Numbered from the stretch's first letter, positions 10,212 to 19,848 are shown. The stretch is DNA of 64,000 bases from Dehalococcoidia bacterium (GCA_963667465.2 CAXXDN010000001.1:128001-192000); one strand, 5' to 3'. Program-made: numbers and translations. The notes: generated by a model not told the origin, from the sequence alone.

Positions 10212-10361
10212 TCAGCCGGTGTAGTCCTTGTGCGGGAAGGTCTCGTCGTGGGTCTGCTCGCAGCCCTCACAGACGGGATGCGCGCAGCGCAGGCAGGCGC
10301 GTGAGGTGGTCGTCCCGCAGTGGCGGCAACCCGCGCTGATCGGCCCGCTGCGGTACGGCAT
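10212..10361 (-). CDS. 49-aa Cys/His-rich zinc-finger mini-protein
   Basis: MPYRSGPISAGCRHCGTTTSRACLRCAHPVCEGCEQTHDETFPHKDYTG. TATCGT -10 lies 6 nt upstream. Confidence 0.65.
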   Translation of the reverse strand: MPYRSGPISAGCRHCGTTTSRACLRCAHPVCEGCEQTHDETFPHKDYTG

Positions 10362-10454
10362 GGGCGCACGATAGCAGCCCGTTCGGGCGCGGGCCCCGGC
10401 GGCGGGGTTGCTCACGACGCCGCGAGCGGCAAAGATTCCGTCTGGAGGTCGCCG

Positions 10455-10691
10455 ATGGTCATCCACGCCAGCCGGGTGGACTACCGCAACGCCTTTGCCG
10501 GGCTTGTGTTCCCCGCCTCGAAGGACGAGATCGTGCGCCGCTCGCGCATGGTGGGCGGGATCGACCGCGAGGTCTTCGCGATCCTCGACGCGATCGCGCC
10601 GCGCCGCTATGCCGACAAGGACGACCTCGACGCCGCGATCCGCGAGGTCTACCTCGCGCGCGGCGAGGACTCCGGGGAACTTCCCGTCTGA
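10455..10691 (+). CDS. DUF2795-like small protein
   Basis: GGAGG RBS. GLVFPASKDEIV..ILDAI..RRY pattern. Confidence 0.65.
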   Translation: MVIHASRVDYRNAFAGLVFPASKDEIVRRSRMVGGIDREVFAILDAIAPRRYADKDDLDAAIREVYLARGEDSGELPV

Positions 10692-10722
10692 TCGCCGGGC
10701 CCGGTTCCGCCCTGGCGCCTGC

Positions 10723-11565
10723 CTACTGCTGCGAGTAGCCCGAGCCGGGCGCGTCGACGCCCGTGCCGTGGCCTTCCTCGATCCAGCCGAACTCCTGCAG
10801 GATCTGCTGGCTGTAGCAGACCCGCCCGGTCACGCGCTCGACCGGCTCGGTCGCCAGCAACAGCGTCGCCTCCGCCATCGTCGAGGCCGGCTCGCTCGGC
10901 AGGTCCGGTGGGGGCTTGTTGAAGAGCAGCGCGCCTTCCGTGAACACCGCCTGCGAGGGCGAGAGCGCGCTCACGGCGATCTTGTCGCCCCACAGCTCCG
11001 CCGCGAGACCCTGCGTGAAGCGCTCCAGCGCCGCCTTCGTCGACCCGTAGAGGACGCCCATGCCGTCCCAGCCGGTCGACTCGTAGGGCCCGCGGCCGGG
11101 GCCGATCGCGACGCCCGAGGAGATGTTCACGATCGCGCCGCCGCCCCGCGCCTGCATGTCCGGGATTGTCTCCCGCGCCAGGATGAACGGCGCGTGGATG
11201 TTGACCGCGTAGCCGATCAGCCAGCGCTTCGAGGGGAACTCGGAGACCGGGTGCGCGAAGTTCGTGACGGCGTTGTTGACGAGGATGTCGACCGGCCCGT
11301 AGGCCGCCCGCGTTTCCTCGACGAGGCTCAGGCAGTCGTCCTCCTCGCCGATGTTGGCGACGACCATCCGGGCCTCGCCGCCGGCGGCACGGATGCCCTC
11401 GAGGGTGGTCGTCAGCGCGCCCGGCGCGCGGCTGTCACCCTCGTTCACGGTGCGCGCGACGCAGGCAACGTTCGCGCCCTCGGCGGCGAACAGCTCGGCG
11501 ATCGCCTTTCCGATGCCCCGGCTCGCACCGGTCACGATCGCGGTCTTCCCGTCCAGCTTGCCCAT
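10723..11565 (-). CDS. Short-chain dehydrogenase/reductase
   Basis: TGASRGIG, VNNA and YGSTK motifs. GAGGAG RBS. Confidence 0.92.
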   Translation of the reverse strand: MGKLDGKTAIVTGASRGIGKAIAELFAAEGANVACVARTVNEGDSRAPGALTTTLEGIRAAGGEARMVVANIGEEDDCLSLVEETRAAYGPVDILVNNAVTNFAHPVSEFPSKRWLIGYAVNIHAPFILARETIPDMQARGGGAIVNISSGVAIGPGRGPYESTGWDGMGVLYGSTKAALERFTQGLAAELWGDKIAVSALSPSQAVFTEGALLFNKPPPDLPSEPASTMAEATLLLATEPVERVTGRVCYSQQILQEFGWIEEGHGTGVDAPGSGYSQQ

Positions 11566-11660
11566 CGCACTCCTCCTCGCCCGTTCGCGCACTCCGGAGC
11601 GTCACGATGCAGCACCGGCGCTCCGTCGGCAACGCCTCCGGCCCCGGCGGGACTCGCCCC

Positions 11661-11694
11661 TCCGGTCCGCTCTCCCCGAGGGAGCGGGTGAGGA
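11661..11694 (-). repeat. REP-like palindrome
   Basis: Reverse complement reads CCTCACCCGCTCCCTCGGGGAGAGCGGACCGGA. Confidence 0.65.
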
Positions 11695-11763
11695 GGGGGT
11701 GCGGGTGAACGCCCGCCGCGCAGCGCCCGCCCGTCCGGGATGGGGGAATGCGGCTGCGGCGCG

Positions 11764-13053
11764 CTACGTGAGCGGGGTGCAGACCAGGTCGTAGGGGAGG
11801 GCGGTGTCGACGCGCACGCGCACGAACTCGCCGGCGGCGTACTCGCCCCGCACGAAGGCGAGGCCGTCGACCTCGGGGGCGTCGCGGTAGCTGCGTCCGA
11901 CGACGAAGCGCGAGCCGTCCTCCTGCTCGCTCGGCTCGTCGGACTCGATCAGCACCTCCAGCTCGCTGCCCACCAGCTCGCGGTTGCGCTCCATCGAGAT
12001 CTGCTGCGCGAGCTCCATGAGGCGGCCGTAGCGCTCGGAGGCAACCTCGTGCGGTACGGGCTCGCCGAGGTCCGCCGCCGGTGTGCCGGTCTGCGGCGAG
12101 TAGGTGAACGCGCCGACGTGGTCGAAGCGCTGCTCCTCGACGAAGTCGAGCAGCTCCTCGAATTCCTCGTCCGTTTCGCCGGGGAAGCCGACGATGAAGG
12201 TGGTGCGCAGCGCGGCGTCCGGCATTGCCTCGCGCAGCGTCGCCAGGCTGCGCCGCGCCACGCGCAGGCTCGGCCGCCGCATGCGCTTCAGCACGCTCGG
12301 CGAGCCGTGCTGCAGGGGCATATCGAGGTAGGGCGTGACGTTCGGCAGCCGCGCCATCGTCTCCGCGAGGCGTGGCGTGACGCGGCCGGGGTAGGCGTAC
12401 ATCAGTCGCAGCCAGGCCATCTCCGGGACCGCCTCTGCGAGGCGTTCCAGCAGCTCGGCCAGCCCGTCGCGCTGCGCGCGGTCCTCGCCGTAGGCCGTCG
12501 AGTCCTGTGCGACCAGCACCAGCTCGCGCACGCCCGAGGCCGCGAGCGCCCGCGCCTCGGCGATCAGCCAGTCGTCGGGCTCGGAGTGCATGCGGCCCTT
12601 GATGGTCGGGATGATGCAGAACGTGCAGGGCCGGTCGCAGCCGTCCGAGATCTTGAGGTAGGCGCTCGGCCCCGTCGCCAGCGGCGCCGGTTGCGGGATG
12701 TCGAAGTCCGGCGACGCCGGACCAAGCGAGGCGGCGACGGTGTCCCAGGCCTCGACGCCGAATGTGGCATCGACGGCGGGCACGGCGCGCCGCACCTCCT
12801 CCTCGGCGATCTGCGTGAGGCAGCCGAGCACGTAGAGCTGCTGGTCCGGACGCCGCGCCGCGTCCAGCTCGGCGATCACCTCGAGCGACTCGTCCTTGGC
12901 GTCGTCGATGAAGCCGCAGGTATTGACGAGCAGCAGCTCGGCCTCGCTTGCGCTGGCCGTCGCCTGGTGCCGGGCGTGGCGCAGCGAGCGCTCGAGGCGC
13001 ATCGAGTCGACGGTGTTCTTGGCGCAGCCAAGCGTGACGAGATGGTAGCGCAC
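11764..13053 (-). CDS. rimO: Ribosomal protein S12 methylthiotransferase RimO
   Basis: LGCAKNTVD, VNTCGFI, CDRPCTFC radical-SAM motif and DAPEVDG TRAM region. Confidence 0.95.
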   Translation of the reverse strand: MRYHLVTLGCAKNTVDSMRLERSLRHARHQATASASEAELLLVNTCGFIDDAKDESLEVIAELDAARRPDQQLYVLGCLTQIAEEEVRRAVPAVDATFGVEAWDTVAASLGPASPDFDIPQPAPLATGPSAYLKISDGCDRPCTFCIIPTIKGRMHSEPDDWLIAEARALAASGVRELVLVAQDSTAYGEDRAQRDGLAELLERLAEAVPEMAWLRLMYAYPGRVTPRLAETMARLPNVTPYLDMPLQHGSPSVLKRMRRPSLRVARRSLATLREAMPDAALRTTFIVGFPGETDEEFEELLDFVEEQRFDHVGAFTYSPQTGTPAADLGEPVPHEVASERYGRLMELAQQISMERNRELVGSELEVLIESDEPSEQEDGSRFVVGRSYRDAPEVDGLAFVRGEYAAGEFVRVRVDTALPYDLVCTPLT

Positions 13054-13062
13054 GCGGGCGGC

Positions 13063-13836
13063 CTACTCGCCGTCCGGGGTGGGCTCTTTGGCGACCACCA
13101 GCGTGACTCCCTGGCCGGCCTGTAGCACCTCGCCCGGCGCCGGCACCTGGGTGAAGACGTGGCCGGGCTCTGCCTCGCTGCTTGGAACCTCGATGACGAC
13201 CCACTCGGCGCCGAGGTCGCGAACGCGCTGCTCCGCCGCCGCCTGTGCGAGGCCGCTCAGGTCCGGCATCTGCTCCGCGAGGGGAGGCGCCGTGCCCTCG
13301 GCGGTGGGCGACGCCGTGGCCGCAGACCCGTCAGCGCCGCCCTCGTCGTCCGGGCCGAACGGCCCGATGTCGGGGACGCCGAAGATGAAGGTTGCGGCGA
13401 GGACGATCGCCGCCAGGGCGGCGAGCAGGGCCCAGCGCCGGCCCACGGCGGGCAGGGCGCCCACCCCTTCGCGCAACCGCAGGCCAGGCAGCGGATCGAG
13501 ACCCGGTGGCTCCGGCAAGTTGTCCGGCAACCGATCGACCGCATCCTCGGGATCGATGCCGAGGAACCGGGCATAGAGGCGGACGAACCCGCGTACGTAC
13601 ACGGGCGCGGGCAGCACATCGAAGCGATCGGCCTCGATGGCGCCGAGGTAGCCGTAGCTGATGCGCGTCTCTTCGGCGGCCTGCTCGAGCTCGAAGCCGG
13701 CAGCGAGCCGGTGCTCGCGCAGCCAGCTGCCGAGTGTGTTCGCTGGCGCCGCACTTTCATTGCTGGGCGTGTCATCGAGATCGCCGCTCCGCGACGGATT
13801 CGTGACAGAGCGGCGAAACCAATCGCGCAACACCAC
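13063..13836 (-). CDS. RodZ-like HTH_25 protein with one TM helix and a C-terminal PASTA-like domain
   Basis: TRIS..YL.AIE..LPAPVYVRGFVRLYARFLG, a hydrophobic segment, then MPDLSG..G.V.TQ.PAPG..VTLVV. Confidence 0.8.
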   Translation of the reverse strand: MVLRDWFRRSVTNPSRSGDLDDTPSNESAAPANTLGSWLREHRLAAGFELEQAAEETRISYGYLGAIEADRFDVLPAPVYVRGFVRLYARFLGIDPEDAVDRLPDNLPEPPGLDPLPGLRLREGVGALPAVGRRWALLAALAAIVLAATFIFGVPDIGPFGPDDEGGADGSAATASPTAEGTAPPLAEQMPDLSGLAQAAAEQRVRDLGAEWVVIEVPSSEAEPGHVFTQVPAPGEVLQAGQGVTLVVAKEPTPDGE

Positions 13837-14882
13837 TACGCGCCATCGACGCCCGGGAACTCCACGAGTGACTTCAGCCCTTCCATCGCCAGCCTCGAGG
13901 CGTACGCCTGCGGCGCGTGCTCGATCCCGTAGCGGTTCGTCACGACCTCATCGATGTGTGCGACGTGGGGCAGCAGTTCAACCGTGCGACGGTACTGGTC
14001 GCTCGTGGCGTTCTGCGAGCCGGTCAGGATCACCTCCCCGTAGTGCACGAGGTTCGGGTCGAACGGCACGTCCTCCCCGGGCGGGAAGCCGGCGAACAGG
14101 TTGACTACTCCCTGCGGCCGCACCAGTTCCAGCGCGGGCCCGACGAGGGCGGAGACGCCCACGGAGAGCACGACACCGTCGGCGCCCGTGCCTCCGGTCG
14201 CATCGCGGACCGCACCGGTCACGTCCTCGGTCGCAGGGTCGAGCACGAGGTCCGCGCCCCAGCGCGCCGCGAGCGCACGCCGCTCCGCGAGCGGTTCGCT
14301 CACGATGATCGGCGCGGCTCCAGCCGCGCGGGCGAGCAGCACGTGCAGCAACCCCATCGGTCCCGCCCCGATGATCGCGAGCGAGCTGCCGATGCCGATC
14401 GCGCACAACTCGAGCGAGGCGGTGACGCAGGCGGCCGGCTCGGTCAGTGCGGCCACGTCCAGCGGCAACTGGTCCGGCGCGCCGATCACCTGCCCGCGCC
14501 CCACGATCCCGGCGGGTACGAGCAGCGATTCGGCGAAGCCGCCGTCGATGTCATAGCCGAGCGTCTGACGGTTACTGCAGCGGTTGCGCTTCCCGGTCTG
14601 ACAGAAGCGACAGCGCCCGCAGGAGACGATCGGACAGACCACCACGCGGTCGCCCTCGGCCACATCCGCGACGCCCTCGCCGACCTGGTCGACGATGCCG
14701 GCGATTTCGTGGCCGGGGATGACGCCGGGGCGGGCGCGCTTCTCGCCCTTGTAGACGCGAACGTCCGAGGCGCAAAGGGAGGCTGCGGCGGTGCGCAGCC
14801 GGACCTCGCCGGGCCCGGCCTGGGGGGTGGGGCGATCCTGAACGGAGACCTTGCCGGGCTCTTCGAAGATCGTCGCGCGCAT
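13836..14882 (-). CDS. Zinc-binding alcohol/polyol dehydrogenase
   Basis: CASD, GHE, CGRCRFC..C and GAGPMG motifs. Confidence 0.92.
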   Translation of the reverse strand: MRATIFEEPGKVSVQDRPTPQAGPGEVRLRTAAASLCASDVRVYKGEKRARPGVIPGHEIAGIVDQVGEGVADVAEGDRVVVCPIVSCGRCRFCQTGKRNRCSNRQTLGYDIDGGFAESLLVPAGIVGRGQVIGAPDQLPLDVAALTEPAACVTASLELCAIGIGSSLAIIGAGPMGLLHVLLARAAGAAPIIVSEPLAERRALAARWGADLVLDPATEDVTGAVRDATGGTGADGVVLSVGVSALVGPALELVRPQGVVNLFAGFPPGEDVPFDPNLVHYGEVILTGSQNATSDQYRRTVELLPHVAHIDEVVTNRYGIEHAPQAYASRLAMEGLKSLVEFPGVDGA

Positions 14883-14969
14883 GGAGTGTCCCGGTTCGTC
14901 GCTCTCGCCGTCGCAGGGTACGGACCGCAGGCCCGTGCCTCGCAGTATCGCAGCGTGCGGCGAGGGCTG

Positions 14970-15740
14970 CTACTCGCCGCCCTCGGACGCGCGATGCACC
15001 CGCCACGAGTAGCAGGCGACGCACATGCACGTTGAGGCACTTGCGCTGATATGGGTCAGGCCGTGAATGCGGTCCCCCTCGCGGTCGAACTTGTGCGCCA
15101 GTGTATTGAAGTCTCGGGCGAGGCCCTTCTCGTAGTATCCCCACACTGCATTGACCACAAGGTCTGCTGCTTGGAGGAGTCGCGTTCGCGGTGCCCGCGT
15201 AAAGAGCGGGATATCCGCCAGGTTGTTCGTGCGGCTCCACTGCGTACCCTCGCGCAGAATCCGATCGCCCAATGTCTCGAGGCGCTCGCGATAATTCGAC
15301 TCCGCCACGATCACGAGACCACGCTGCGTGTCACCTTGGTGATGACGCCGACTCAGCATGAGATCAAATCGGCTCACCACGTCCTCGAATGCGACTTCAT
15401 ATGGGTCTCGAGGAGCGACCCGGTTCTTCTCCACCACGGTCGCGAACAGCACGGGGTGGGTCGAACGACTGACGACGTTGTAAGAATCTTCGAGCATCCC
15501 GTGACGCTCTGTCGCGGTCAGTTGATCGTAGGGTGGACGAGGAGTCCCACCTTGCGGGACGCGGAGCGGGGAAGCGTGGATAGCGACGGTGCTGTGTGTG
15601 CTAGGGAAGAAACGCTCTACGACAGCGTCAAGCTCGTGTTGCAACCAATACGCGCCTCGTTCAAAGACAGCTAGACCGCCCACAACCAAGTGACGCCCAT
15701 CACGATGCGTCCCGGATTCGTCAAGGTAGAGCAGGTGCAT
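14970..15740 (-). CDS. DUF3800 family protein (copy 1), lower-GC cassette
   Basis: LYLDESG N-terminal motif, LQAAD C-terminal motif and many A/T-ending codons. GGAG RBS. Confidence 0.85.
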   Translation of the reverse strand: MHLLYLDESGTHRDGRHLVVGGLAVFERGAYWLQHELDAVVERFFPSTHSTVAIHASPLRVPQGGTPRPPYDQLTATERHGMLEDSYNVVSRSTHPVLFATVVEKNRVAPRDPYEVAFEDVVSRFDLMLSRRHHQGDTQRGLVIVAESNYRERLETLGDRILREGTQWSRTNNLADIPLFTRAPRTRLLQAADLVVNAVWGYYEKGLARDFNTLAHKFDREGDRIHGLTHISASASTCMCVACYSWRVHRASEGGE

Positions 15741-15754
15741 AGCACCATCTCCCA

Positions 15755-15792
15755 ATAAGAAAATCGCGGCGGGCGGCCGATTGGCCGCCCGC
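15755..15792 (-). terminator. Intrinsic terminator-like hairpin between the putative ncRNA and DUF3800 copy 1
   Basis: Perfect 10-bp stem GCGGGCGGCC/GGCCGCCCGC (15769-15792), followed on the minus strand by CGCGATTTTCTTATT. Confidence 0.6.
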
Positions 15793-15878
15793 AATCACTG
15801 CAAGAAAATCCACTAGAAGAAGCCGACTGAGCGTGAGCCCTACGGACCAAGGTACCGAAGCAGTCCTGTCAGCCACAG
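15760..15878 (-). ncRNA. Putative DUF3800-associated structured RNA (locus 1)
   Basis: Minus-strand TTGACA (15909-15904)-17 nt-GAAACT. The RNA has stem GGCTGA/TCAGTC enclosing a cUUCGg hairpin and a GGTCC/GGGCT hairpin. Confidence 0.55.
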
Positions 15879-15905
15879 CCAGTTTCATAGTCGCATTGAC
15901 GCTTG

Positions 15906-17555
15906 TCAACTCGAGGGTGGCCCCGAACGCAGGCCCGCCAGCCAGCGCGTGCCGGCGCGGTACTCGCGGCTGCCGAGCGCCGCGGCGGAGCCGAGGAAGG
16001 CGAACAGCCCGGCGAGGCCGCAAGCCGCGGTCAGCACGAGCGAGCCAAGCAGTTCCTCCGGGTCGGCCCCCGCCGAGCGCAGCAGGATCAGCAGCAGGAT
16101 CAGCGTCAGCACCATCACCAGCGTCGCCAGCGAGGTTCGCCAGACCGACGCCATGAGCGCCGCCGCGTCGAACCCCTCAAGGCGGCCGCGCAGCGCCTGG
16201 AGCAGCAGCAGCAGCTCCACGATCGCAGCAACCGAGGCCGCCGCCGCCAGCCCGCGAATGCCGAGCGGCCCCACCAGGGCGGCGCAGAGCGCAACGTTGA
16301 TCACCATCCCGGCCAGCGCGAACGTCACGGGCGTGCGCGTGTCGGACAGCGCGTAGAAGCCGCGGCTGACGATCTCGATCGCCGCGTGCGCCCAGACCGC
16401 GACGGCGTAGATCATCAGCGCCTCGACGACGAGGTTCGTCGAGGCCGCGTCGAAGGCGCCGCGCTGCAGCAGCAACCGCACGCCCGGTTCGGCGAGCAGC
16501 ACGAGGCCGGCCGAGGCGGGGATCGCGAGGAAGAGAATCATCCGCAGCGTCGCGTCGAGCGAGCGGCGCAGGCTCGCGATGTCCTCCTGCGCTGCCTGCT
16601 GCGAGAGCTGCGGGAAGGCCGCCGTCGAGATCGCCATCCCGATCACGCCCACGGGCAGCAACATCACAAGGAACGCGAAGTTGATCGCGCTGATCGCCTC
16701 GTCCGAGATGAAGGAGGCGAAGAAGATCACCACCACGAGGTTGACCTGTGCCGCCGCCAGCCCGACGACGCGCGGACCCATCAGCCGCAGCACCTCGCGC
16801 ACGCCCGCGGAGGCGACGTCGACTCCGGGACGCCAGCGCATCCCGATCGCTCGCAGCGCGGGCAGCTGCACCAGCAGGTGCCCGGCGGCGCCGATCAACA
16901 CCCCCCACGCCAGCCCGTGCACGCCCCAGCGCTCCGCCAGCACGACCGCCCCGAAGATGATTCCGAGGTTGTAGAGCAAAGGTGCGATCGCCGGCGCGAG
17001 GAAGTGTTGCCGTGCGTTCAGGATGCCGGTCAGCATCCCGGAGATGCCGAACAGCAGCGGCGAGACCAGCATCAGCCGCGTCAGCTCCACCGCGAGCGCC
17101 TGGAGCTCAGCCTCGCGCCCGCTCGCCTCGCCCAGTCCCGGCGCGAGCAACGGCACGACGAGCGGCGCGAGCAGGAAGCCGATCGCGGCGGCGACGAAGG
17201 TGGCGAGGGCGATGAGATTGAGCACGCTGGAGGCGAGCCACCAGCCCTCGTCCTCGCTCTCGCGCAGCACGACGCGGCTGAAGGTGGGGATGAAGGCGGC
17301 GGAGAGGGTGGCCCCGGCGAGCAGCTGAAAGATCGCGTCGGGCAGCCGGAAGGCAACCCAGTAGGCGCCGAGTTCCGGCTCCGTGCCGAACGCCTCGGCG
17401 ATCGCAACCGAGCGCAACAGGCCGAGCAGCCGGGAGCCGATGAAGCCCGCGGCGACGATCCCGGCCGCGCCGACGGCGGTTCGCGGCGTCAGTCCCCGGC
17501 GCAGGATCCGGAGCAATCGGTGCACGAGTCCGGCCGCGGGCGGCGATGAGGCCAT
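15906..17555 (-). CDS. murJ: Lipid II flippase MurJ (MviN)
   Basis: SRLLGLLR, AFRLPD, SAAFIP, LPVGVIG and FYALSDTRTP motifs. Confidence 0.92.
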   Translation of the reverse strand: MASSPPAAGLVHRLLRILRRGLTPRTAVGAAGIVAAGFIGSRLLGLLRSVAIAEAFGTEPELGAYWVAFRLPDAIFQLLAGATLSAAFIPTFSRVVLRESEDEGWWLASSVLNLIALATFVAAAIGFLLAPLVVPLLAPGLGEASGREAELQALAVELTRLMLVSPLLFGISGMLTGILNARQHFLAPAIAPLLYNLGIIFGAVVLAERWGVHGLAWGVLIGAAGHLLVQLPALRAIGMRWRPGVDVASAGVREVLRLMGPRVVGLAAAQVNLVVVIFFASFISDEAISAINFAFLVMLLPVGVIGMAISTAAFPQLSQQAAQEDIASLRRSLDATLRMILFLAIPASAGLVLLAEPGVRLLLQRGAFDAASTNLVVEALMIYAVAVWAHAAIEIVSRGFYALSDTRTPVTFALAGMVINVALCAALVGPLGIRGLAAAASVAAIVELLLLLQALRGRLEGFDAAALMASVWRTSLATLVMVLTLILLLILLRSAGADPEELLGSLVLTAACGLAGLFAFLGSAAALGSREYRAGTRWLAGLRSGPPSS

Positions 17556-17668
17556 CGCCAGTCATCTTCCCACGCCCGCGGCTCGGCGGGCCATCGAGCG
17601 CACGGCTGTTCCGCATTGCCGCCCACCGCGGGTGTCGTGCATCGTGGGGCGCGGGCCGGAGGTTGCAC

Positions 17669-18307
17669 ATGACGAGCGCGAAGGCCAGCACGGAGCGGAT
17701 CCAGCGGGTCTACGCCTCCGGCGATCCGGCGGAGCTGGCCAGCGAGTACAACCGCTGGGCGGGGGAGTACGACACCGACCTGAAGGCGCTCGGGTACAAC
17801 GCGCCGAGGGGCGGGGCCGAGCTGCTGGCGAGCCGCGTAGCGGACAAGGGAGCGCGGGTGCTCGACGCCGGGGCCGGCACAGGGCTGGTCGGCGAGGAGT
17901 TGCACCGCGTTGGCTTCGAGCGCATCACGGCGCTGGATATGTCGCCCGGGATGCTGGCGCAGGCGGAGCGGAAGTCGGTCTACGAGGAGCTCGTGGTCGG
18001 CGAGCTGGGGAAGCCGCTGCCCTTCGAGACGGGCCAGTTCGCCGGCGTGACGTGCATCGGGGTGCTGACCTTCGGCCACGCCCCACCGGAGGCGCTGGAC
18101 GAGCTGGTCCGCGTGACGGCGGCGGGCGGGCCGGTCATCTTCTCGATGCGGACGGACTACTACACCGACGGCGGCTTCGACATCCGGCAGGCCGCGCTCG
18201 AAGAGGCAGGAACGTGGCGCCTGCTCGAACGCAGCGCTCCGTTCCAGGCAATGCCGGACGGCGAGCCGGAGATCTGGCACGAGCTGTGGGCCTACGCGGT
18301 GCTGTAG
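17669..18307 (+). CDS. Class I SAM-dependent methyltransferase
   Basis: YNRWA.EYD, VLDAGAGTG and DMSPGML motifs. GGAGG RBS. Confidence 0.88.
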   Translation: MTSAKASTERIQRVYASGDPAELASEYNRWAGEYDTDLKALGYNAPRGGAELLASRVADKGARVLDAGAGTGLVGEELHRVGFERITALDMSPGMLAQAERKSVYEELVVGELGKPLPFETGQFAGVTCIGVLTFGHAPPEALDELVRVTAAGGPVIFSMRTDYYTDGGFDIRQAALEEAGTWRLLERSAPFQAMPDGEPEIWHELWAYAVL

Positions 18308-18427
18308 CGGGGCTGGTCCCACGGTCCGGCCGCCGCCGGCGGAAGCGATGGCTGGGCGGCACCCCTCGATAGACGCTCGCGCGCATCAGCGCTAACGTTG
18401 AGCGTCGCGATTCACAGAGGAGCAACG

Positions 18428-18697
18428 GTGGCGCATTCGAACCAGGCGAAGAAGCGGATCCGGCAGAACGAGCGGCGGGCCGCTCGCAACCGGCCGTTGC
18501 GCACCAGCGCCTCGCGCCGCGTGCGCGACGCCCGCGAGGCGATCATTGACGGCGATCCCGACGCTGCGGACTACGTGCGCAGCGCCCAGTCCGCCCTCGA
18601 CCGCGCCGCGAAGCGGAACGTAATCCACCGCAACGCCGCCGCACGGCGCAAGAGCCGCCTCGCCGCGCAGCTCAAGGCCGCACAGGCCGCGGACTGA
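18428..18697 (+). CDS. rpsT: 30S ribosomal protein S20
   Basis: AKKRIRQNERR..LDRAAKRNVIHRNAAARRKSRL. GAGGAG RBS with GTG start. Confidence 0.97.
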   Translation: MAHSNQAKKRIRQNERRAARNRPLRTSASRRVRDAREAIIDGDPDAADYVRSAQSALDRAAKRNVIHRNAAARRKSRLAAQLKAAQAAD

Positions 18698-18849
18698 GCC
18701 TCGAGGCGGGCGCGCCGCCCGCGATTCCGCGGCGAGCCGTATACTGAGTCCAGCCCCGATTCCGGCCCACACCCACAAGGCCGCATCGCGAGCGCGACCG
18801 CCGCGTCGCGGGCCCGTCCCGGCATCGGGCGTGAGTAGAGGAGGAGCCA

Positions 18850-19296
18850 GTGCCAAGCGACCGTGAGTTGACCTGCCGCGACTGCGGCGCGAGCTTCGTC
18901 TTCACCGCCGGCGAGCAGGAGTTCTACGCCAGCAAGGGCCTGCAGCACGACCCCGTGCGCTGCCCCGCCTGCCGCGCCAACCGCAAGGCGATGCGCCCCG
19001 AGGACCGCGAACTCGCCCCCAGCTACGGCACCTACGTCTCCTGGGGCGGCCGTACCCCGCGCCAGCTCCACGTCGCCAACTGCGCCAAGTGCCAGCAGAC
19101 GACCGAGGTGCCGTTCCTGCCTCGAGGCGACCGGCCCGTCTTCTGCTCCGGCTGCTACAACTCCGTGCGCGAGGAGCAGGAAGCGGACGAGGAAGCCGCC
19201 GCCGCGCGGCTCGCCGCCCAGATCTCCGGCAGCGGCCACCAGTCCGAACGCCCCGAGGGCGCCGGACCCACCTCGCCCGTCTCGCTGAGTTCCTAG
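18850..19296 (+). CDS. Zinc-ribbon / CxxC-x17-CxxC domain protein
   Basis: CRDCG..FTAGEQEFY..PVRCPACR and CAKC..VPF.P..RPVFCSGC. Confidence 0.9.
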   Translation: MPSDRELTCRDCGASFVFTAGEQEFYASKGLQHDPVRCPACRANRKAMRPEDRELAPSYGTYVSWGGRTPRQLHVANCAKCQQTTEVPFLPRGDRPVFCSGCYNSVREEQEADEEAAAARLAAQISGSGHQSERPEGAGPTSPVSLSS

Positions 19297-19320
19297 CCCG
19301 CCCCCCCTCCACCGGGGTAG

Positions 19321-19360
19321 TCCGGCCCCCCGCTCCCCTCGCGGGAGCGGGCGGGGGTGA
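19321..19360 (-). repeat. REP-like palindrome
   Basis: Reverse complement reads TCACCCCCGCCCGCTCCCGCGAGGGGAGCGGGGGGCCGGA. Confidence 0.65.
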
Positions 19361-19537
19361 ACCCGACCTTGGAGGGCGCTCCGGCTCTCTTCCCCGGCCA
19401 GCGGCCACACGGGCGTTGCGAGGGCGCGGCGACAGTTTCGGGAACCCAGCGGCCCCGCCCTCTCCCCAACACGAGCGCAACGCCGCACGCGGCGCGCCGT
19501 TGATCGCCGCGCGATCGCGGCCATAGACTCGACAGAC

Positions 19538-19848
19538 AGGCTGAGACGGAGAGAGTAGGCCGCCGCAGCCGGCTGCCAAGCGAGTCCGGGACGGTGCGAG
19601 CCGGACGCAGCCGCGACGGGTGAAGATCACTCCTGAGCCGCCGACCGAACACAGCGGGCGCCTCGCAACCCTCGAGGCCCCACGTCAGTAGGCTCGGCCG
19701 GAGCGCCCACCGTTAGCAGGGGCAGCGCCCTCCGGGTTCGCCGGACGGCGCGTGAAGCGGCGTCGCCTGCCGGCAGCGGGCCGGGCGCGACGCAACGCGG
19801 GTGGTACCGCGGGCAGCCACGCCCGTCCCGCAAGGGGCGGGCGCTTTG
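19538..19848 (+). ncRNA. T-box riboswitch (Ile) upstream of ileS
   Basis: Contains AGAGAGTA, GGTGCGA, specifier GAAG-ATC-A (Ile codon at 19626-19628), AGTA/CCGTTA and T-box GGGTGGTACCGCG (19799-19811). Terminator hairpin at 19820-19843 is followed by CTTTG. TAGACT -10 at 19524. Confidence 0.92.
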
